Positions 23,127 through 35,435 of a stretch of 36,580 nucleotides of DNA are shown piece after piece. The notes below the pieces were generated by a model. It saw only the letters and a program-made list of their open reading frames with translations. It was not told the DNA's origin and did not search any database. The number at the start of each line of letters is the position of its first letter. Position 1 is the stretch's first letter. Both the position numbers and the translations under genes were made by a program. Source of the stretch: Octopus bimaculoides (Eukaryota); the NCBI RefSeq assembly GCF_001194135.2, contig NC_068988.1, positions 73,559,122 to 73,595,701 of the forward strand. The letters are read 5' to 3'.

Positions 23127-25430
23127 AAGGATCGGATTTAAACCAAAGGGGCCCCATGGCACTTCAAGTTCGGTGGCCCCTCACAAACAACACTTATAAC
23201 CTTGGAAAATCACCATATTTAAATCTCAAAACCCATAAAAAATGCCAGAAATTGAATTTGACGGTTTAGCAAAGGCAGTCTGAATGCATTAATTAATGCA
23301 AAATTTTGTGATCTAGACTAAATATAGCAAGTTTTACTAACTTACTGCTATATACTACTGCAATATCTACAAAAAGTCTTTCTTTCTGCATTTGGTATTT
23401 AAAAAGTCTTTAGCGAATTCTTCAGACTGTGTTGTCTTTAGAACACTGCTCTCTACATCCAAAATGCAGAGAGCACTTAGTCTTTCATGGGTCATCGTGG
23501 TCCTCAGGTAATTCTTTATCAGATCCAACTTACTAAACGACCTCTCTTCTGAACAATTCGTGACCATCCAGCACAAAAATATTTTTAAAGCTTCATCAAC
23601 ACTAGGAGAGGTTTCAGCAAGCCCTTCATTATGAATAAAAAGTGCCTGTTGAGATGGGGTGAAACATAACTTGAGTTTACAAAAACCTGCAAACTGTACA
23701 ATTTCTTCTATGATCACTAGGGAAAGCAGTGATGAGTTTCACAGCTTCAGATCTTATTTCTGCATCAGGTAAACTACATAAGCCCGCATTGACTTTAAAC
23801 TTCCCATACACTGATTGATAGGCTACCCTATATTTTTGTAAGGCAACAGACAACAGATCTAAAATGACATTGAATGTTCCGTGTCTGAACTTTTCTTTTG
23901 TAGAAAGGACAACTTCCTCTGAGGCTGATGCTGGGTTTACATCATGTTTATTTCCTTTCCTTGCTCTACCTTTTGTTGCTTTATACTCTGTGTTTCCACA
24001 CATGTTCCTGGCATCCAACTTCAATTCTTCATACCTATCTCGCAATGATTTCAGAAAACTTTCCAAAGAATCAATAAGATCCATCGCTTTAATCAAATCA
24101 ACTTCAACTCCTTGAAAAGCTTCATTTGGACTGTTAAACCGTACATGAATTATATTCCAAATCTTAACCATCAGAGCAGTTTCAAGGCAATCCATTTTGT
24201 CTGCCAATGTCTGAGCTTCTTATCTTGCTTCAGATGTTTGCTTTAGATCATCGTCAATATCTCTAAGCGCATTTTAAATGCAGCTATATCCATCAACGAG
24301 GGCTTCAGTAGCATCAGCTTCCTGACAAGTACTTCAAAGTTAGCACTCTTTTATTGCCTTCCAAAGATTTAATCAAATTTTCCCATCTGTGTGTTAATGC
24401 AAACAAAGAGGTGTGTAACATTTTTATGAAACCAAAATAGCTAACAGCTTCAACAAGCAGCAGCTTGTCCAACAAAATTCTACGAATGAGCAGCACAAGG
24501 AATGAAAACTGCAGCCAGATTCTTTTCCTTGAGTCTGGCTTGTATTCTTGTGCAGTGACAGAACATATCACTGGCGTTATCATAGGACTGTCCCCTGCAG
24601 TCTTCAAAATTTATACCCTTTTTTTTTAAAAAATTCTAAGAGAGATGTAGCCAGTACTTCCTCTTTGTGAGAGCCAGTTTGCAGGAAAGGTAACAACCTT
24701 TCTATTGGCTTATCAGAAATAGCATAACGCACAATAACCGTTAGTTGGTCAACATGAGCCTGGTCTAGTGCTGAGTCTACAGAAACAGTGAAGTACTTGG
24801 CAGTTTTAAGTTCTGTAACAATATAATTCTTGACATATTTGTCATTAATAGAACAATTTCTTCGTAGATGGTAGATTACTGCTTATCACTTCCAGGATTG
24901 CCAAATGTTTTCAAGTGACCCATTAGAAATGGATCAAATTGTGCCATAAGTTCCGTAATTCCTAGAAAATTCCCATTGTGTTTAGAGACTATTATCTCTT
25001 CACTATTTCTGAATGCCAGACCTCTCACGGCCTGAAATATTGTCACAACCACAACACGGTGTAATACTTCAGTCCAGTATTTCTTGTTTTTCCAACTTGT
25101 TAACATGAGAATATTCCTTTCATAAAAGATTGAACTTCAACACAGAATCTCTGTGGCCTTGACTTTGTTCATGTGTTTTCATTTTCTCCTCTGCTTTTTT
25201 TTTTTTTTTTCTCAATCGTTAAAGCCTTCCTTGTTGGAAAACCTGTCAGGTTGGCTTGACATTAAAGTACAGTAAAAGCAATAAACTGCACCCTTTGATG
25301 AACTGTACAGAAATCACTTTTTTTATAAGATGCTTACCATAGTCATGAGTGGTGTAAAACATTGAATTTTAAAAATAATGATAGCGTCCAAACAGTTTGC
25401 CTTTCCCTGGTTGATAATGGTGTCGTGGTT
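23127..25430 (-). mobile_element. hAT transposon (DUF4371/ZMYM1-like) with disrupted transposase
   Basis: Minus-strand fragments: YSSSKGAVYCFYC, RGLAFR..HNGNFLG..ELMAQFDPFL, AKYFTVSVDSALDQAHVDQLTVIVRY, CRGQSYDNAS, FIPCAAHS, and the hATC dimerisation domain VTNCSEERSFSKLDLIKNYLRTTMTHERLSALCIL (23367-23717). The terminus at 23127-23140 (AAGGATCGGATTTA) resembles CAGGGCCGGATTTA. The upstream end was not found. Confidence 0.9.
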
Positions 25431-25603
25431 ACGAGTAGGATTCGGAGACATTTTAATTTTGACATATGGCTGATTTTGCCAGAAAGAACATGGCTAGGTC
25501 TAGATCCCAGCATGCCGCTTCACTATCTATGACAGTAGGACATGATTATAAATCAAGATTGGTTAATTTTTTGTACACTCCCCATTATTATTGGTTTCAT
25601 TTT

Positions 25604-26010
25604 CATGAAACTACTGGCAGTGAAACGCGGGCTATGACTACAGAGAACTTGCGAAGGCTTGAAAGAAATGAACCTAGGGTAATGTTAGTGTACACGTACG
25701 ACAGAGTGCAAATGATTTAAGAGGAAAATTCAGTGTAAGCTGCATCTGTTTCTATGTGCAAGAGAGAAGACTACGCTGGTTTGGTCATATGACGCGTATG
25801 GGTGAGTGCCGAGCTCTAATTGTGGAGGGAACCTGTGGAAGGGGTAGACGTGGGACGAAGTGAAGACGTAGCCTCACTGAAGAAATGAAAAAGGACCTGA
25901 AGTCATGGCGATTTGCTCTACTTCAGAAGACGCGTCAAGCTAAGTAAAGTCGCGGTCATCTATACATACAGGCATGTCCTTTACAGGTACCAGTGCAACG
26001 TAAAATGCAC
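25604..26010 (+). mobile_element. RTE-clade LINE 3' fragment
   Basis: GSETRAMTTENLRRLERNEPRVM...VQERRLRWFGHMTRM...VEGTCGRGR matches the RTE C-terminal GSETW / RRLRW.GH..RM / G.R.RGRP motifs. Confidence 0.8.
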
Positions 26011-26034
26011 TCATACCGGAATTAGACAAACGCA

Positions 26035-26091
<57 letters not shown>

Positions 26092-26519
26092 GCGCCTTTA
26101 TTTGCAAATGGTCATTCTAAGGTCATTGTTCAGTCATGCGTTGAAAGAAGGAATTTGAACTAGGGACAATGAAATTTTTCTTTCAATCTTTATTTCTATA
26201 TACATTCATACACACACATACACACGCAAACACACATACACACAGAGATAAACACACGCACACACATAGATACATACATACGAACGTACATTTTCAGAAG
26301 TGGTATTTTTTCCCTTTTCTCTGTCATAGGGACACCAATCCGCATACTATTCCCTTTTGAGGGTTTTGTATGGGGACTGGTGTCGCTAAAGTGGAAAAAT
26401 CTATGGTTATTTATTATTAATGACATCATTTGTATGGTTAAGCCCTAGCACCTATGACTACAGCTTCGTCAGGTACCATTCTCTTTACTTGGAATTGAAA
26501 ATAAATATCGAAAACATAA

Positions 26520-26908
26520 GGCACAGATATGGCTGTGCGATTGTGGTTAAGAAGCTTGCTCTGCAAAAATGTGGTTTCAGTCTCTCTGCACTAACCCTGG
26601 GTCGAGCACCGTCTTGCGAGTGAATTTGATAGACAGAAACTGTGTGGAAGCCCGTCGTATGTGCGTTCGTGCGCGCACGTGTGTGTGTTTGCCATCACCA
26701 CCTCTTAACAACGGGCATTAATTTGTTTACGTCTCCATTACTTAGCGTTTCGGCAAAAAATACCGATTAATATAAGTACCAGACTTAAAAACAAAAAGAA
26801 AAACATAAGTACTGGGGTTGATTTGTTCAACTAAAGACCTTCAAGGCGATGCTCCAGCATAGCCGCAGTCTAGTGTCTAAAGCAAATAAAAGATAAAAAA
26901 AGATAAAG
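26520..26908 (+). mobile_element. Diverged SINE family B copy
   Basis: Homologous head (GGCACAGATATGGCTG..GGTTAAGAAGCTTGC), GAAGCCCGTCGTAT, TTTACGTC..ACTTAGCG and GCTCCAGCAT..CCGCAGTC, with an A-rich tail. Confidence 0.8.
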
Positions 26909-27849
26909 CAAGTTAAAGATAACACATCTATCGTGTTATTTTGTTTTGTGAGGCTCTAATGTTCTAACATACTAGTGAAAGTACATCCTGACTCCTCTAA
27001 GTCAAAGCAAGGATTATCAAAGTTGATATAAATTACGTCATTGATTGCTTTTGTATTTTGGTATGAATTCTGTCTACTCGTTTAGAAATATATTGAATCA
27101 ACGCCAAGTGCTAATGATGTTATTCCTCTAATTTTACAGCCCCTGATAACTTGCCTGACAGTAACTAATGCTATCTCTCATTAAATAGTGGATATCAGTC
27201 AGTTACGTCCATGTATTACCCATCAGAAAGCATACCGCAAACATTTCTTAGAAGTCACGATGTAACAAGGCAGTACATATTGGTCATTCACTAATCAATA
27301 TGCGAGAGTTGTTGTGATGACGGGACTATTGCAATCCGATACTAATACATTTAGATTTTAGATCCGATATATCTTTGGCTTGCGAATTTGTCATACATAA
27401 TTTTGTTATCAAAAGTATGTCTAAACATGATATAGCGGCACTTATACGTCTTAGATGTAGAATCGATGTAAGATTTATTGTCATATAGCGTTACTGCATT
27501 ATCTATAATATAAATCCCGTGCTGTATGTGTGTGTGTGTAAAAGATCATAACGGCCGTGTTTTCCAACTGATTTTCTCCAAAGTGAGAACATACATTACT
27601 TATGCTCCAGGGATGGTTTTAGACTCTTACAATTTTTCACATAAGGAGTAACGGGCCCCATGGTGGCAGAAAATACCGGTTCCTGGGTTACGTGGAGAAG
27701 GGAGGTAACTCTATGCGATGTAACTTTCAGAAATTGATTGTCTGCCTTACATCCATTGGTCATTTAAAAAAATTGCTTTTTATATTAGATTCACGTCTTT
27801 GAAAGTTTTTAAAACTATTTACTTACGGTTTTCTAGCGTCACTGACATC

Positions 27850-27908
27850 TATTTCTCTCTATCCATCTCTATCTCGCTATCTATATCGCTCTATCCATCT
27901 CTATTTCT

Positions 27909-27940
<32 letters not shown>

Positions 27941-27990
27941 CTGTATGTCTGTCTATATCTTATCTATCTATCTGTATGTCTGTCTATATC

Positions 27991-28029
<39 letters not shown>

Positions 28030-28043
28030 ATTTGTCTAACTAG

Positions 28044-28095
<52 letters not shown>

Positions 28096-28110
28096 CTCTC
28101 TCTATATCTC
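27850..28110. repeat. Compound (TCTA)n/(TC)n microsatellite inside the Helitron
   Basis: Directly visible. Confidence 0.95.
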
Positions 28111-28207
28111 ACTCATTCTCTGTTGTTTTCACTTTCATTTTAAGACGCTATTGTTTTCACTTTAAGTTCAATCACTATTGTTTTCACTGTAAGTTTTCAA
28201 TTGCGAC

Positions 28208-28445
28208 AAATTACTGTCAGATAGAAGTTCACAATTACTGATGAAAGTAATTTCATACATAATTTACTGACAGATGTAACTTTATAAATTTCACTTCAAT
28301 CTATAGACTTTGTTAAATTTGCCTACAAATTTCTTATTTACTTTTGCAACGTGTTGACTTTTTTTTTTTTGACAGAATTACTGATAAAAGTAAGTTCATA
28401 ATTTACTGACACAAGTAACTTCAAAAATTTCACTTAAATCCGTAC
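28208..28445 (+). repeat. Degenerate ~24-28-bp subrepeats (AATT(T)ACTGA...GTAA.TTCA) duplicated as a ~150-bp block
   Basis: AATTACTGATGAAAGTAATTTCAT..AATTTACTGACAGATGTAACTTT.AAATTTCACTT at about 28233-28300 recurs at about 28377-28440. Confidence 0.7.
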
Positions 28446-28667
28446 ACTCAGTTAATTTCCTTAAGAATTTCTTATTTACGTTGGCAACGGTTTTGTGTTT
28501 TTCTGTTGTTGACGGCTTTTTTCAGGTTCCTTCGACACTGGCTCTTTGGTATACCATAAAACACTCAGTATACAAAAAAAAAAAGAACTATGCCTGCGTA
28601 TGTTTCCTGAAGAATTGAAGAAGACAGTAATATCGACATTTGTGTATTTCTGTATACGCATATAACC

Positions 28668-29281
28668 ATGCCTAGAAGGAAAATGTCAAATTTGTCTACA
28701 ATGTCAAGATCAGCTAAAAAAATGTCACTGTCCAGGGAAAGAGAGACAGTTGCAGAAAGGGAAGCATACAAAGAAACGAACTGACTGTGCACTACAAAAG
28801 CCAGAGCATCTCAAAGTGATGAACAGAAGTATGGACGGCTGGCAAGGAATAGGATCTCCATTGCAGAACGAATAACAGTTGCAACAGCTCAGAGAAGCAA
28901 CTTCTATGAATCAGCTTTCAATTATGATCCAGCAGTTCATTATGCAAATGACACTAGAGTTTCTATTGGTGCAATGGCAACCAAGTGCATACATTGTAAA
29001 GCAAGGAAGTGGCCTGGAGAGATATCTGCACTGTGCTGAAGTGGTGGAAAGGTTAAACTCCCTGCAATCCCCCAACCTCAAGAGCCATTGAAGAAACTGT
29101 TGTCATCAACTGACTAAGATTCCAAGCACTTCCAAAACAAAATTAGACAATGCAATGCTGCACTACAGATGACATCATTTGAGATTTAACTGAGACTGGA
29201 TTGATGCAAACTTTCAAGATCCAAGGTCAAATTTATCGTTGGATTGATTCTCTACTACCTCTATCAAATGAATCACCAAAA
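28668..29281 (+). pseudogene. Helitron Rep/helicase N-terminal fragment
   Basis: MPRRKMSNL...AFNYDPAVHY..VSIGAMATKCIHCKARKWPGEISALC*SGGKVKLP..PQEPLKKLL...IRQCNAALQMTSF, then a frameshift to TFKIQGQIYRWIDSLLP. This is the classic Helitron N-terminal motif series, with 3 in-frame stops. Confidence 0.88.
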
Positions 29282-29599
29282 TCGGCCTTTCATTGTTTAT
29301 AATCTGTACCTGTTTTTTGATTACGAAATAAGCTACACAAAACGTGTTTTTGTATTACTTGCATTTACTTTATATACATATATGAGTTAAAAACTTTCTT
29401 TTAACATTTCATTTAACGTCTATGTTCCAGGCAGGCATGGGCTGGAGAGTTATTAATGTAGAAAGTTGGTATCTCAACTACTAGCAGTTGAGACCTGAGT
29501 AATCTAGACGGCGTTTTTAAATTTCATTATTCTCTTTAACCCGAGCAACGCTGGATATTTCTGCTAGTATTCATATATTTGCGTGATATGCACTTACAT

Positions 29600-30330
29600 T
29601 GAAAGTGATTGCCAGTGGCTTTTTTTACAGGTTCAGATGTATCAGTCCCTGGTTGAGAATTCCAGGGTTTTAGAGTAGTGGAATTTTTCTTGCCGCAAAT
29701 TATATTATTTTGTTCTTGTGTGTTTACTGCTTCTATTGGCGTGTATATTTTTAGAATTAGAGCATATGTAAGATTTCACTCGACTGTTTGCCTGCCAATT
29801 TGAAATTAGAGATTTATTAATATGGGAAAGTGCGGCATTGTCTTTCTTAGTACGATTTTCGTTATTACGGTTGGAATCAGCGGTTTCATTGTTTATAAAA
29901 TAGTTGGATGTTTAAGAGTTTATCCTCTCCGTTCAAGTTAGTATCGATAGGATATTCTTCCAGTAGTTGATCGTTAAGATTTCCATCTACATTTTGGTTA
30001 GTGGTGTTACCTCTATAAGGAAAGAGAGTGAGAGAGAAGAGAGAAAGAGAGTGAGAGAGAGGAGAGAAAGAGAGTGAGAGAGAGAAAAAAAGTTGATCAC
30101 GTTCAGTACAAGGGTTTTGTTAAAAGTAATTGCTAATTTTTAGGTATATTAATTTGTCGATGTTATCTGTAAGGTTTAGTGTTGTAGAATATGATAATTT
30201 TATTGTGTAGTTGTTGAAGATGTTAAGACATTTTGTGGTTAGAAGGAAAGATTTTATTTTAAAAAACTGGTTAGCTATTTCTGTACCGGTGTTGTTGTAT
30301 AAACAAAAATTAGGTGAAAATGCGCAAAAA
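29600..30330 (-). pseudogene. Degenerate Penelope-like (Neptune-type) fragment
   Basis: Minus strand 30330-30130: FSPNFCLYNNTGTEIANQFF...NIFNNYTIKLSYSTTLNL, matching WFNPPFS..TNIG..F..KIFN..TIKLSYS..PN. The extension to 29600 is tentative. Confidence 0.55.
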
Positions 30331-30979
30331 CATTACGGGAATTATTGTATTCTTTTAAGATAAATTAAAGATACAAAACAGGTGGAATATTTCATTTAAA
30401 TACATCAAATCTTTTAAACTCACATCACATAAGCGGTTTCATCCACGTAACAGGATTTTTGAAATGAATATGTTTGTAGTAGTCGCAATATGTTAGTTTT
30501 TGTAGCTAGACAGAGAACTAGCTTCTGCGGTTTATGTATATGTGAATGAGTGTGTATATGAATGTATACATATATATATATGTAGGTATACATACATACA
30601 TACATGCATATATACCTCTCAGATTTGTTTACAGGAAACATTTTGAATATGGAAATAAAGCTCCTATTCCATTATACCGGCTACAGTCTAATGATGTAGA
30701 CTGGTGAACCAGTGTTTTGGGTTTGCATCGAGCTGTACCGATATAATGTGGGATAATTATAGTTATAATAGCAATAATCCTTGAATGGAACTTATAAACA
30801 TTTCACGCGTCGCTACGCGCGTTTCCATAAATCACATGTCTCTTAAGATCACAGTCCGTATTCCTGGGATATTATAGTGTAGTCTGTAGTATCTGTGGAC
30901 ATGGGGTAGATCATCTGCGTGGATTCATTTTTTCAGGCTATGTAACATTAATCGATGTTCACCAGAGGGATGTTTATCT

Positions 30980-31230
30980 CTTTTGACCTGTGCGAAAGAT
31001 AGAGTGACCCGAGAATAGTATACTCCCTTCTTACAAAGATAAAGTGTGTATTTATTTTGAGAAGCATTAACTATGCCTGCGTATGTTTCCTGAAGAATTG
31101 AAGAAGACAGTAATATCGACATGAAGTGCAGCCTCTCTTTGACTCATGAAAACTACATCATACCACACTTTGCAATACAAGAAGAGGAGAATGCTATGCA
31201 ACAACTTGCAAACAAAAATAAACAGTGAAA
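30980..31230 (+). pseudogene. Old R4/Dong-like LINE fragment
   Basis: TMPAYVS*RIEEDSNIDMKCSLSLTHENYIIPHFAIQEEE aligns with MPGYVSRKLRDGSNIDHQSSLS..FAI.EQE of the LINE at 13830-13970. Confidence 0.65.
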
Positions 31231-31563
31231 CCCTTGGAGCCCCAAGATGCAGCCGAAATATTAATTAGGTTATATTTCTATGGAAATATCTCCTGGATAT
31301 TTCTTCTCTATTACCTGTATATCTTGGCGGAAATTTTCTCCCTGTTCATCACTAACGTCTCTCAAATTCTGTGGAAATTGATCCAAGTGACTGAACAAAA
31401 AATTGTATCTTGGTGTTCATTTTTGCATCCCAACGAAAGAAAAGGCTAGAGCATTTTTCCAACAATTTTCTTGTAACTGACTGCTTTATTGTTGCTAAAA
31501 AAAGATTTTGTTGTGTTTAAGATTCTGTATCAAAAGAATAAAAGGACCCTAAGTCGCAAATTT

Positions 31564-31816
31564 GTGGAGGCGCGTGGCTTGGTGGTTAAAGTGTTGGACT
31601 AATGATCGTAAGATTGTGATTTCGATTCCTGGACCGGCAGACGCGTTGTGTTCTTCAGCAAAACATTTCATTTTCACGTTGCCTCAGTCCACTCAGCTAG
31701 CAAAAATGAGTAATCCTGCGACTGACCGGCGTCCCATTCAGGTGGGGATTATATACGCCATTGAAACCGGCTCTCATGAGCCTGGCATGACTCGAGAATG
31801 AATCATTTATTTATTT
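31564..31816 (+). mobile_element. tRNA-derived SINE (family C)
   Basis: GGAGGCGCGTGGCTTGGTGGTTAAAG (A box), GATTTCGATTCC (B box), CORE-like TTGTGTTCTTCAGCAAAACATTT, CCTGCGACTGACCGGCGTCCCA, and an (ATTT)n tail. Confidence 0.8.
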
Positions 31817-32137
31817 GAGTCGTAGATTTGCACAAAGCCGTTGGTAATAGGGAAAAGTAAATGCTACAAGGCTTTGAAATCTATTAAAGTTTACCCAGTA
31901 AGACACTGTGCAAATATAAATGGCTGAGTTACAACTGGCATGCTAGGATAGTTTTTTTAAATGTTTGTGATGGGAACCAGAGTACACTGCACTTCTGCAG
32001 ACCTAGAACAGTTTGCAAACATTTTTCTTAATCAAAGTTTAAATCATATGTAAGAAAATTGTTTGCACAGTGTATATACCGCCCAATTGTACACATTTAT
32101 CTTATCCGAAGACCAAAGAATACTGCACTCTCTGAAG

Positions 32138-33381
32138 CAGCGCTTCTCAACCATTTTTTGTTGTGCGCCCCTAAAATCGATTTCAGAGCCTCATGCACCC
32201 CTTGTTACAGCCGAAAATTGCACGATTTTATAATTACTATTGAAATGTCATAAGTAGTTTATATTTAATGCATTAACCAGCCAGCAAAAATGTAACAACA
32301 ATAATTTAAGTTCAGACTTTTTGCATGCTTGGAAACATTCATTTTTTAAAGATTTTTGAACGAAGCGCAGAAACTGTTAGAATAATTTTACTTAAGAATT
32401 TTAAAAATGTATACAATGCAAAAAGTGTACAAGAATAAAAATGTTAATGCGACCCTTGAGGTTGCTTTTCTGTCACCAGTTTGGTAAAACGTGGCTGGAG
32501 GTAACTCAAACGCAGTCGCGTTTATTATAAGAATGCAGAACCAACGAAAAGCCTCTTTCGGCAAGGTTTGGTGTTGGGAAGCTTATAACGAATGGCTCAG
32601 CAGTTTCGTATAGAGTCGGATATTTGTTCTTACACTGTAACCATGCTTGTATCCAGTTTCCTTCGGCAATTTGGATGAAACGTTCATCAACAAGGGCCTG
32701 GCAGAGCTCTATTTGAAAACATGCAGGTTGCTGGAAGACGTCCTCCATTGTGAAGGTATTAAGTCTGTCGACAAATAAAAGGATGTGTAAATGAATGAGA
32801 TCCTGAAAATGCAGGTGAAAGCTTTAACTGGATTGCCTATTCTCTGATCAATCACAACCCTTAACCCATCGCATTTTCTTGGCCTTTGATGTTAATAAAT
32901 TTAATTTGAAGAGAAAATATGACAATTAGGATCATAAGTGAACAACTAAAATGCATAAAGTATCAACAAAACACTTACCAAAAAAAGCGTGATACGAAGA
33001 GTTTGTTGATATGACGTAAATTTCTAGTGAATAATCGCTGAATGCTAACTTGATGGTAAAGTCAGACAGCAATGATCAGCGCAGCGGCTCAGCTAGACTA
33101 TATAGAGGTGCGCGCTTAACGTACGCGCGAGATATTTCGCGTGTACGTTACGAATCCATGAGACACCTACGCAAGCCTGCAATATTATTATTGATCCATG
33201 CGGGGCTGCATGCTCAAAAAACAACTATAATTGTGGTCAATATGTACGTACTTGCGTGCCAATGCGCACGCTGTGCGTGAACTTTGTAGTCTACGCTGAG
33301 CAATTTTTCTCAATTAACAGAAATAAGAAAAATGACATTTCATCGCAAGAATTTTTCATGCACCCTCATTGAGAAGCGCTA
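32138..33381 (-). mobile_element. hAT (Charlie/SPIN-like) deletion derivative with TIRs and degenerate 8-bp TSD
   Basis: TIRs are CAGCGCTTCTCAA (32138-32150) and TTGAGAAGCGCTA (33369-33381). The flanks CTCTGAAG and TTCTAAAG match at 6 of 8 positions and resemble NTCTAGAN. ORF 32506-32748 gives W..KYPTLYETAEPFVISFPTPNLAERGFSLV, a Charlie-type dimerisation domain. Confidence 0.88.
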
Positions 33382-33439
33382 TTCTAAAGTCTAAATTTTC
33401 CCCACTTTTCATGGAACGTATGAGGTGTGGTGATAGCTG

Positions 33440-34443
33440 GCAAATCTATACCGACAATTATTGAAGAATTTAACATGAGAGATGTTCTTTGATTCATTTC
33501 TAAAATATGAGATAAGATGAAAGCATCCACACTAAAGAAAGACTGGAAAACATCATGGTCTGCTTTGATGTTTGATAATTCACCAGGTGAAAATGTTCAC
33601 AGGGATTTTGCAAGATATCTTGTATCAAAGTTGTTCATAAGTTGTTTGACAATTCAAGTGGATAAATGTCGACAAAGAAAACACCGGTTGTGTACCATCT
33701 TTCAGACTGTCATGATCAGGCTCAACGACGTGTGAACATTTGCCAATATTTGTAAACAACTGCTGGCAAATCCTCGAGATGCCCGTTTCTGGCGTCGAAT
33801 TGTTACTGAAGATGAAAAATGGATCTATCTTCGTAGTCATAATAAGAGAAATCAGTGGCTTCATTCCGACCAGGCTTCAGAACCTGTTGTCAAACAAAGG
33901 CGGTTTGAACAGAAGACTGTGTTCTGTGTTTGGTGGTATTTCGAAAAGGTGTTGTACTTGTCCCAGGTAATCAAGTTGTGAACGCTAACCTTTATGCTCA
34001 ACGCCACGAGTATATGATGCTTAGAACACTCACTACTCGGCATTGAACACGCACTCCTACAACATGATAATGCCCCAGCTCACACTGCCAACATGACCAA
34101 GCGGTTGAGGAACTTGAAGGGCTGGAAGTGCTGCTTCACTCTCCTTACAGTCCTGAGCTTGCACCATCAGAAAACTAACTTTTCCAACCATAGCTCATTT
34201 CCTGCTTGGATGGCGGTTCAGTAATGCGGATGAGATTGAAAAACTGGTGCAGGGAGATTTTTTTGCTTCTAAACTAGCCAAATGATATAGGTATGTAGTT
34301 GTCAAATTGAGCTTCTGACACAACGATGACAACAGACAATAGAATATTATGGGATATATTTTGATGAACAAACACTTTTGGGGAGTATTTTCTTTGAACC
34401 ATTAATCCAATAATTGTAATATGGAATAACTTTTTACCTCAAC

Positions 34444-34444
<1 letters not shown>
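33440..34444 (+). mobile_element. Mariner transposon remnant with disrupted DDD transposase
   Basis: Fragments: RRVNIC..LL..RFWRRIVTEDEKWIY, QWL, KTVFCVWW, LLQHDNAPAHTA, HSPYSPELAPS and F.SK. A right-TIR-like GGAATAACTTTTTACCTCAAC lies at 34423-34443. The left end is uncertain. Confidence 0.88.
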
Positions 34445-34474
<30 letters not shown>

Positions 34475-35171
34475 CCCTGTGGGTGTGTTCTGTCTGCATA
34501 TGCTTCTCAGTATGTCTACGTTTGTGGGTGTCTATAATATATAAATGTGTTTATATGCCTAAATTATCGGCTTGACTGCATATAGTCGTCGCATCGAAAA
34601 TAGAAAGTAACAATTTCTCAAGAACTTAATACTTTTACTCTGGATTGTATTTTAGTAATATATATTAATCTATTTGTCTCCACAAGCTTATGTTTTATCT
34701 GGGTTTTTATGGTCGTACATATCCTCAGTTATCTCATTTGTATATTTGCTGACATGTACGTCTATAAATGTGCATTGGCATATACTTGGATGTATTTGTG
34801 TGTGTGCATGAATAGTTATATATATATTTATTATGCACCTACGTAAATACATTATGTTAATCTAAATCTGCATATTTTCTGGAGTGGTTCATCACCTTCA
34901 AACTGTACCACATTCTTTATTCACATATATGGTTCTGAATGCAATGATTTCTATATGCTTAAATGCTTCTCAAAATAAACACACACTTTGTCTTTAATGT
35001 TTCGTAGAAGTTACAAAACATTCGGCTCTAAAGAAGTTATAGAAACACTCGGCATTGAGTGTACTGCTTAGTTGAGTAGAAACAGTTGGAAGCTAATGAA
35101 GTTGATTACGTATTTCCTGTTCCCTTGTCGATAACCTATATATATATATATATATAATGCGCGGCTGTGTA

Positions 35172-35392
35172 GGCGCAGGCGTGACTATGTGATAAGAAGC
35201 TTGCTTGCCAGCCACAGGGTTCTGGATCCAATCCCACTGCGTGGTACCTTGGTCAAATGTCTTCTACTATAGCCACGGGCCGACCACAGCCTTGTGAGTG
35301 AATTTGGTAGATGGAAACTGAAAGAAGCCCGTCGTATACATACATATGTGTGTATGTATGTATGTATGTATGTATGTATATATCTATCTATC

Positions 35393-35435
<43 letters not shown>

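Larger units (their letters stand above)
27502..29567 (+). mobile_element. Helitron deletion derivative with both termini
   Basis: 5' A|TCTATAATATAAA at 27501/27502. 3' hairpin CCCGAGCAACGCTGG followed by ATATTTCTG-CTAG|T at 29564-29568. It contains a microsatellite, subrepeats and a Rep N-terminal remnant. Confidence 0.8.

Noticed and set aside
27060-27350. Possible very old LINE RT remnant on the minus strand
   Set aside because: Only weak motif echoes with many stops.
27511-27524. TAAATCCCGTGCTG as the missing partner TIR of the hAT at 23127
   Set aside because: It matches a generic hAT TIR only partially, overlaps the much better-supported Helitron 5' end, and has no 8-bp TSD.
10361-28245. 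Other CTGATGA/CTGAAGA occurrences (~10361, ~17905, ~19629, ~28237)
   Set aside because: None has a properly placed stem II-GAAA-stem III-UH arrangement.
28208-28445. Short periodic repeats as a CRISPR-like array
   Set aside because: The repeats are degenerate and tandem with no unique spacers, lie inside a eukaryotic Helitron, and have no cas genes.
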